From IMG/VR virus record IMGVR_UViG_3300037295_000333, positions 13,537-77,536 of that record: a stretch of 64,000 nt of DNA; one strand, 5' to 3'. This stretch comes from a virus. Its lineage: Duplodnaviria > Caudoviricetes. Shown here in pieces: positions 58,634 through 64,000 of the stretch. A model generated the notes under the pieces. It saw nothing but the letters and a program-made list of their open reading frames with translations, had not been told where the DNA came from and searched no databases. Made by a program: the position numbers and the translations under genes. The stretch's first letter is position 1, and each line of letters begins with the position of its first letter.

Positions 58634-59413
58634 TTATTTGTTAATTGTTTTGTTTATTCTTTCCTCGGCTATTTTGCAATATTCGCTTGACATCTCAGAG
58701 CCTATCCAGTTTCTTTTATTAATAATTGACATTTTAGCCGTTGTTCCGCTTCCCATAAATGGGTCATAAATTAAGTCATTTTCATTACTCCATGATAGTA
58801 TGTGGTCGTTTGCAAGTTTTTCTGGGAATGGAGCTGGATGTCCAGTTTTCTCTCGCCCCAAGGTATAACTAAAAATATTTGGAGCTATTTTAGTTTGATT
58901 GGTAGATTTTAATTCCGTTTTTTCATATAGTCTCATAGAGTGATTATTTCCGTGATTTTGCCTCCTTTCTAATCCATATTTTTCAACTTTACCTGGAAAC
59001 TTACAAGGTATTTTTTTAGGATTAAATGTTTTTGGACTTTTTTTACTTAAAATAAACATAAATTCAAAAGATTGTTCATATCTTTTGTGAGTTAAAGGAA
59101 CATAGTTTATTTTTTGATATATCATTGTATCGTGTAAATTAAAGCCACATTCTTTAAAAAAAAGTGCTTGCCTAAAACTAGTACCAGTTTCACTACCCTT
59201 TAAAGTAGAATCACCCACAACCCAAACAACTACACCCCCTATCTTTGTGGTTCTATATAATTCTTTTGCTATGCTTTCAAAGTTAAATGAATAGCCATTG
59301 TACTCCCTTAATCCATCATAAGGTGGAGATGTAACTGTTAAATCAATGAAATTATCAGGCATTTTAGCCATTGTGTTAAGGCAGTTTTCATTGTAGATTT
59401 TATTTATTTCCAT
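58634..59413 (-). CDS. DNA methyltransferase, N4C/N6A beta class
   Basis: TSPPY, HPAPFP, DPFMGSGTT; start moved to MEINK at 59413. Confidence 0.92.
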   Translation of the reverse strand: MEINKIYNENCLNTMAKMPDNFIDLTVTSPPYDGLREYNGYSFNFESIAKELYRTTKIGGVVVWVVGDSTLKGSETGTSFRQALFFKECGFNLHDTMIYQKINYVPLTHKRYEQSFEFMFILSKKSPKTFNPKKIPCKFPGKVEKYGLERRQNHGNNHSMRLYEKTELKSTNQTKIAPNIFSYTLGREKTGHPAPFPEKLANDHILSWSNENDLIYDPFMGSGTTAKMSIINKRNWIGSEMSSEYCKIAEERINKTINK

Positions 59414-59424
59414 TTTTTTATTTG

Positions 59425-61341
59425 TTAATTGTTTTTTAATTCTATTGCTTTTTCTAACCAATCCGAATCCCTGTGGTCTCCTGATTCTTCGTTTCCATCT
59501 TCATCAATTGGTAAATATCTACCTGAATTCTTATCATAAAAAAAGTTTACTTCACCTGCCGTTATACCTAAATTACTTTGTTTAACTTTTAAAACTTTGA
59601 CCAATACTGGGTCAGATGACATATATCCAGTTCTATGAATAACTAAACCGTGATAAGACATTTCATAAAAAGCAGATGATCCCTTAACAGAATAAAAATC
59701 AGGAATTTCGTAAGTCTTAGTTTTTTCGTCTTTTCTCATCTTAAAAGGATGTGCCACAACTATAGCCATCACACCCATTTGATGAGAAAATTGAGTTATT
59801 GACCTTAGAATTTCCTCAATTTTTTCGTGTCCACTTAATTTTCCCTTAATGGATAGCATATTAAAAGGGTCTAAAACTAAGTACTTCGGATCACCTCCAT
59901 TGTCCCTAGAGAGTTTAATTTGTTTGGCTGCACATTCTAATATTAGCATAATGTTTCCCCCTATCGTAGTGGTATCTATATGTTTAATCTTACTTACTAT
60001 AAAATCATAAGCCAATTTAAACCTTTCAATATTACTTTCATCTTTTATGAATGTCGCACAAGTTACATCACAATTCAATAATTTTCTTACAAGTTTTACA
60101 ATATGCTCTTCGGGGGTTTGTTCAAAACCTGCTAAAATTGTCTCATGTCCATATAGCCTAGCTAAATCTAAAATGCATTGATCCATAAATTCAGACTTTC
60201 CAAAACCTGGAATTCCAGTAACTGTAAGTATTCCCGTACCTTTAAATCTAAATATATTAGAAAAAGATTTTAAAGAAATCTCTGAACCTACTCTATCGCC
60301 TTCTTTTGCAGTAGACAAAACCTTTTCAAATAGCCCTGAATAGCAAATAAGTCCGTTAGATTCAATTGTTTTTTCTTTTAGGTAATCTATATCCACTTTA
60401 TTTTTATCGTGGCTTAAAACGCTTGTTTCTTTGTATTCAGAATAATCAAATTCAACTTCCTCTTCATCATCTTGAAAAAACTTATAAGCCCATTTAGTAT
60501 GTCCCACCTGTTTTGCAACTTCAACTACCTCTAAAAATCTAGTTTTGTTATCCTTTGAGTACTTAAAGTTTTCCTCTGCATAATTTATTACAAAACTTAA
60601 ATCTTGATTTGGATGATGAAATCCAAACTTTGCCAAATCTAAAACTGCAACTTGAATGTAGTGAAAATTGCTATTTGTTCTATCAGAGATTTCTTTAGCT
60701 AAAACGGTATCAAAAAAATCTTCAACATTATCCCATAAATCAATTGAAAAATCACGTTCCTCTAAAACCGAATTTTTAGAAATTGGCTCAGGAAAATAAA
60801 TAAAAGCTGGAGTAACATCGTAATTAATTACAATTTTTTCATCCCAAGTGACAATCAAACAATCAGTAACGGAAAGGTAATCCACTTTTCCATAAATTGC
60901 AAAATTATCAACAAGTTGTTTTCCTATGTTCCTATAATTATCTACTGTTATTAAAAATTGGTCAACATAATAGAGAACCTTTAATCCGTTACCTGATGGG
61001 GAGGTCATCACAGCCAATACATGGTTACTTTCTGACATTATATCTGACTTTATATCCTCTAGGTCATCTTCAGGATTTATGTCGTCTATATCAAGTATAA
61101 TTAAACCGCTGGCTTCTTCAAAATCAACTGCCTTTCTAAACTGATTAAAAATTCCGTGAAATGCAATTGTCGGTAACTGCTTTTTTAATTCAGAATTTCC
61201 TTCCCTAATTTTTAATATCTGATTTTTATATGTTCCATCTCTAATATGCTTTAACCAAGACTCTATGGTTAAATCTTTTTTTATTTTTTGTGTTTCTAAA
61301 GTGCTTTTAAATGCACTTATTTTTGAATTAAATATACTCAT
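59425..61341 (-). CDS. primase-helicase (VirE-N/BT4734-like N-terminal domain plus SF4 helicase)
   Basis: LKKQLPTIAFHG, LIILDID, TSPSGNGLK; TGIPGFGKS, LVLDPFN, VVAHP, VKGS, KVKQ. Confidence 0.88.
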   Translation of the reverse strand: MSIFNSKISAFKSTLETQKIKKDLTIESWLKHIRDGTYKNQILKIREGNSELKKQLPTIAFHGIFNQFRKAVDFEEASGLIILDIDDINPEDDLEDIKSDIMSESNHVLAVMTSPSGNGLKVLYYVDQFLITVDNYRNIGKQLVDNFAIYGKVDYLSVTDCLIVTWDEKIVINYDVTPAFIYFPEPISKNSVLEERDFSIDLWDNVEDFFDTVLAKEISDRTNSNFHYIQVAVLDLAKFGFHHPNQDLSFVINYAEENFKYSKDNKTRFLEVVEVAKQVGHTKWAYKFFQDDEEEVEFDYSEYKETSVLSHDKNKVDIDYLKEKTIESNGLICYSGLFEKVLSTAKEGDRVGSEISLKSFSNIFRFKGTGILTVTGIPGFGKSEFMDQCILDLARLYGHETILAGFEQTPEEHIVKLVRKLLNCDVTCATFIKDESNIERFKLAYDFIVSKIKHIDTTTIGGNIMLILECAAKQIKLSRDNGGDPKYLVLDPFNMLSIKGKLSGHEKIEEILRSITQFSHQMGVMAIVVAHPFKMRKDEKTKTYEIPDFYSVKGSSAFYEMSYHGLVIHRTGYMSSDPVLVKVLKVKQSNLGITAGEVNFFYDKNSGRYLPIDEDGNEESGDHRDSDWLEKAIELKNN

Positions 61342-61352
61342 ATAGTTATAAA

Positions 61353-61583
61353 TTATTGATATTTAAAACAATTTTTACCCTCTACTTTAGACATATCAAT
61401 TTTTAAATCTTTTGTTTTTACTAATTTAAAATGATCGGATATATTATTTATCCAAAGTTGACTATTTTTTTCAAGATTATCTATTAAGTGATTGTCTTGA
61501 ACGGATAAATAATTTTTTCCTTCAGTATACAGGGTACCATTCCACTTAATGCATTTATAAACATTACCTTTTTCTATTTTCAT
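61353..61583 (-). CDS. hypothetical protein
   Basis: ORF track. Confidence 0.6.
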   Translation of the reverse strand: MKIEKGNVYKCIKWNGTLYTEGKNYLSVQDNHLIDNLEKNSQLWINNISDHFKLVKTKDLKIDMSKVEGKNCFKYQ

Positions 61584-61584
61584 A

Positions 61585-61893
61585 TTAATCCCAGTTTTTA
61601 AATTTAGTTTTAAATTCTTCCAATATTAACAAAACTTTATTTGAATTGTCAATTATTTGATCTAAGTTTTTTATAGAATTACTAGACAATTTTACGTATT
61701 TTTCAATTGCTTGACCTGCCGTTAAAAAGAAGCATTTATCGATAAAAATAAAAGGCTCTTTTTCTCTTGTAATTTTATTTTGCTTTAATCTTTTTTCTTG
61801 AAAGACTAGGATTACTCCATTTTCTTTGTCAGTTTCTAAACTGTAATTCTCGTCTAATTCAATTGCTTTTTTTTTCTTAAATAAATTGTTCAT
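61585..61893 (-). CDS. hypothetical protein
   Basis: ORF track. Confidence 0.65.
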   Translation of the reverse strand: MNNLFKKKKAIELDENYSLETDKENGVILVFQEKRLKQNKITREKEPFIFIDKCFFLTAGQAIEKYVKLSSNSIKNLDQIIDNSNKVLLILEEFKTKFKNWD

Positions 61894-61955
61894 AATTATT
61901 ATTTTTTTAAATTAATTTTACAAATATACTCTTTTTTATTATTACTTTTACAAAT

Positions 61956-62714
61956 CTATTTTAATTTATAAATATATTTAAATTCTACTTTGCCACCACG
62001 CTTTAAATTGTTTTCATTTATATTTAATGTCTTCTTAATATCCTTGCCATACTTAACACTTTTTTCACCATTTCCAATACTTTTACCGTATGAATCTAAG
62101 GTAAAAATAATTAGATTATAAGTGTCTGTATCTGAAAGTGTTTTTGAAATATTAAAAGTTATTTCATCCCCATCGTTTAAGTCATTTTTAACCGCATTTA
62201 AGAGACTTTCTCCCTGTTTAGTTCTATTAGATTCTTGAAGGTATTTTTCAAACTTAGACGGTCTAAAAATGGTCATTGGGTTTAAGTGAACATTCATAAC
62301 TAAATCATCTTTCCAAATTTTATATCGATTAGCTACAACCAACTTACACTCATCAACTGTATAGTCTTGCAATCTATTTACAATACCAGTATTTGTAGAC
62401 TTGCTTTCTGATTTAAAATTTGTTCCGTATAAATTATTCATAAAGCCTATTACCTCAATTACCTTTGGGTTAATAATTTTGCTTTCAATTGATTTTACTG
62501 CTAAATTATAGCCACTCCATACAATTGCACCAACTTTATGAAGATAAATTAATTCATCTTTAATTTCATTTATCTTAACTTTTGCTTTAAACTTTGCCAA
62601 AGTTAATTTTGAATCATCGTCCTTTAAGAGTAAAATAGTTATTAAAATACCTCTTTGGATTAAAGAAAATCTGTCATCTTGTATAAACGAAATTTTTTCT
62701 AAATTAAATTTCAT
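61956..62714 (-). CDS. replication initiator-like protein with conserved phage C-terminal domain
   Basis: EVIGFMNNLYGTNFK...LNPMTIFRPSKFEKYL matches the phg_2220_C-type pattern. Confidence 0.7.
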   Translation of the reverse strand: MKFNLEKISFIQDDRFSLIQRGILITILLLKDDDSKLTLAKFKAKVKINEIKDELIYLHKVGAIVWSGYNLAVKSIESKIINPKVIEVIGFMNNLYGTNFKSESKSTNTGIVNRLQDYTVDECKLVVANRYKIWKDDLVMNVHLNPMTIFRPSKFEKYLQESNRTKQGESLLNAVKNDLNDGDEITFNISKTLSDTDTYNLIIFTLDSYGKSIGNGEKSVKYGKDIKKTLNINENNLKRGGKVEFKYIYKLK

Positions 62715-62716
62715 AA

Positions 62717-63406
62717 TTATATTTTTTTATTTATTTCAAAAATATTACCAAAGCTACTTAATTTTCCAAACTTTCCATCAGTCACTACACTTCCATTTGA
62801 AAATATAGTATCTAAATTTGCCAACTTCATTTGTCCAGCATTATATATTCCATCGGTTGTATGTATGTGTCCATATAGGTGCAATATAGGCTTAACTCTA
62901 AAAATGTGCTTTAAAAGGGCACTGCATCCACAGAATTCTAAGCTATGATTTCTATCATAAGATAAATCTAAACACCCTTTAGGTGGGGTATTTGTAATTA
63001 ATATATCTGTATCACCTGGTATATTTTGCCACAATTTATCCATTTTATCCCTTGATTTCATAAAGTGCCAGTTTCCAAATGTGGGAGAAAAAGGACTTCC
63101 CCAGATTTTAAACCCCTCTATAATAACCTCTTCATTCTCTAGGTAAATTATATTTTTATCCTTACAGATTTTTCTAAATTCTTTATTGCTTTTTGCTATA
63201 AATGCAGAATGGTTTCCCGCAATCATAACTTTATGCTTTACATATAGGCTTGAAAACCAATTTATAAAATCTCTACATTCTGACTCATTTTTCCAAGAGT
63301 CGTAATAATTACTTTCATCTCCACTAAAAATAATTAAATCAATATCTAAGGGAATAGTTAAAAGTGAATGATATGAATGCGTGTCGCTAAAATGAAATAC
63401 TTTCAT
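62717..63406 (-). CDS. calcineurin-like metallophosphoesterase
   Basis: FSDTH, FSGD, AGNH, WGSP, LYGHIH. Confidence 0.9.
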   Translation of the reverse strand: MKVFHFSDTHSYHSLLTIPLDIDLIIFSGDESNYYDSWKNESECRDFINWFSSLYVKHKVMIAGNHSAFIAKSNKEFRKICKDKNIIYLENEEVIIEGFKIWGSPFSPTFGNWHFMKSRDKMDKLWQNIPGDTDILITNTPPKGCLDLSYDRNHSLEFCGCSALLKHIFRVKPILHLYGHIHTTDGIYNAGQMKLANLDTIFSNGSVVTDGKFGKLSSFGNIFEINKKI

Positions 63407-63410
63407 AGTT

Positions 63411-63527
63411 TTATAAATTAAAGATTATAGACAAAATTGCAATTGTTAATTTAAGGCACAAATAAATTGCCCACAAACCCAAACAGCCAAATAATAATGT
63501 ACTTAAAATAAAGTTTCTATTTTTCAT
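63411..63527 (-). CDS. 38-aa membrane peptide
   Basis: Hand-translated MKNRNFILSTLLFGCLGLWAIYLCLKLTIAILSIIFNL; promoter at 63544. Confidence 0.5.
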   Translation of the reverse strand: MKNRNFILSTLLFGCLGLWAIYLCLKLTIAILSIIFNL

Positions 63528-63635
63528 AATTTCTATTTTTTTTCAAAGTTACAAATACTTTTTGGATAAACAATTTTTTAAACAAAAAAAAACCCACTCT
63601 ATTTTTAATAAAGTGGGTTTTTGGTTATTTAAATG

Positions 63636-64000
63636 TTAAATTACTACGTGAGACCATCCAATACCCTGACAAATTTTATCAAATCCAGATCTAGCTATTT
63701 TATGTTTAAACTTATCAAATAATTTTTCATTTGATGTATATTTTACGTAACTCTGCCTTATTTCAATCACATCAAGTTCTTTTAGTTTTGTATTAGGGTG
63801 ATCTTCTCCTTTCAATGAAATGTGATTATCAAAACAACCATTTTTAACAGCATGAATCATATTTTCAGACCTGCTACACCACTCTAAGTTAGATATTCTA
63901 TTGTCCCATTTAATTGTGTTTTTATGGTTAACTTGTTCTAAGTTTAAATTATTGGTCAAAAAGTGTTCTGCAATTACCCTATGCCCTAAAAAGTTATATC
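63636..64000 (-). CDS. HNH homing endonuclease, 5' end beyond the window
   Basis: Frame open to the edge: LGHRVIAEHF...VNHKNTIKWDNRISNLEWCSRSEN. Confidence 0.88.
   Translation of the reverse strand, partial: YNFLGHRVIAEHFLTNNLNLEQVNHKNTIKWDNRISNLEWCSRSENMIHAVKNGCFDNHISLKGEDHPNTKLKELDVIEIRQSYVKYTSNEKLFDKFKHKIARSGFDKICQGIGWSHVVI

Overview
A very AT-rich, almost entirely minus-strand segment of a long-tailed (siphovirus-type) dsDNA phage. The host is most likely Bacteroidota/Flavobacteriia, inferred from repeated TAnnTTTG (-7) promoter elements and A-rich leaders without Shine-Dalgarno sequences. Left to right: a recombination/replication block (SbcC/D-like nuclease, RecA, putative SSB and UvsY-like mediator, ThyA, a fragmented DnaE, dUTPase, DEDDh exonuclease, several DNA methyltransferases); a lysis/virion block in non-canonical order (holin, tube, major capsid, ClpP-type protease, tape measure, tail fibre/hub proteins, GH19 endolysin); DnaN; a ~2 kb repeat-rich non-coding region; terminase and portal; a T7-type single-subunit RNA polymerase split by a group I intron; and a primase-helicase. 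Three features stand out. (1) DnaE is encoded in four pieces: a split intein, a degenerate non-splicing Hint remnant, an apparent 5-nt ribosomal hop (ATT-TA-ATT) inside the catalytic PDIDxDF motif preceded by a GC-rich hairpin, and a cis intein. (2) A four-copy T7-like promoter motif (ACTCCACYCATATA/GATAGAAAA) is the probable target of the phage RNAP. (3) Six tRNA-like elements keep the acceptor and T arms but have broken or deleted anticodon arms. All assignments come from motif recognition by eye and no database search was run. Several single-base lesions in the window mean sequence error cannot be excluded for individual disruptions.
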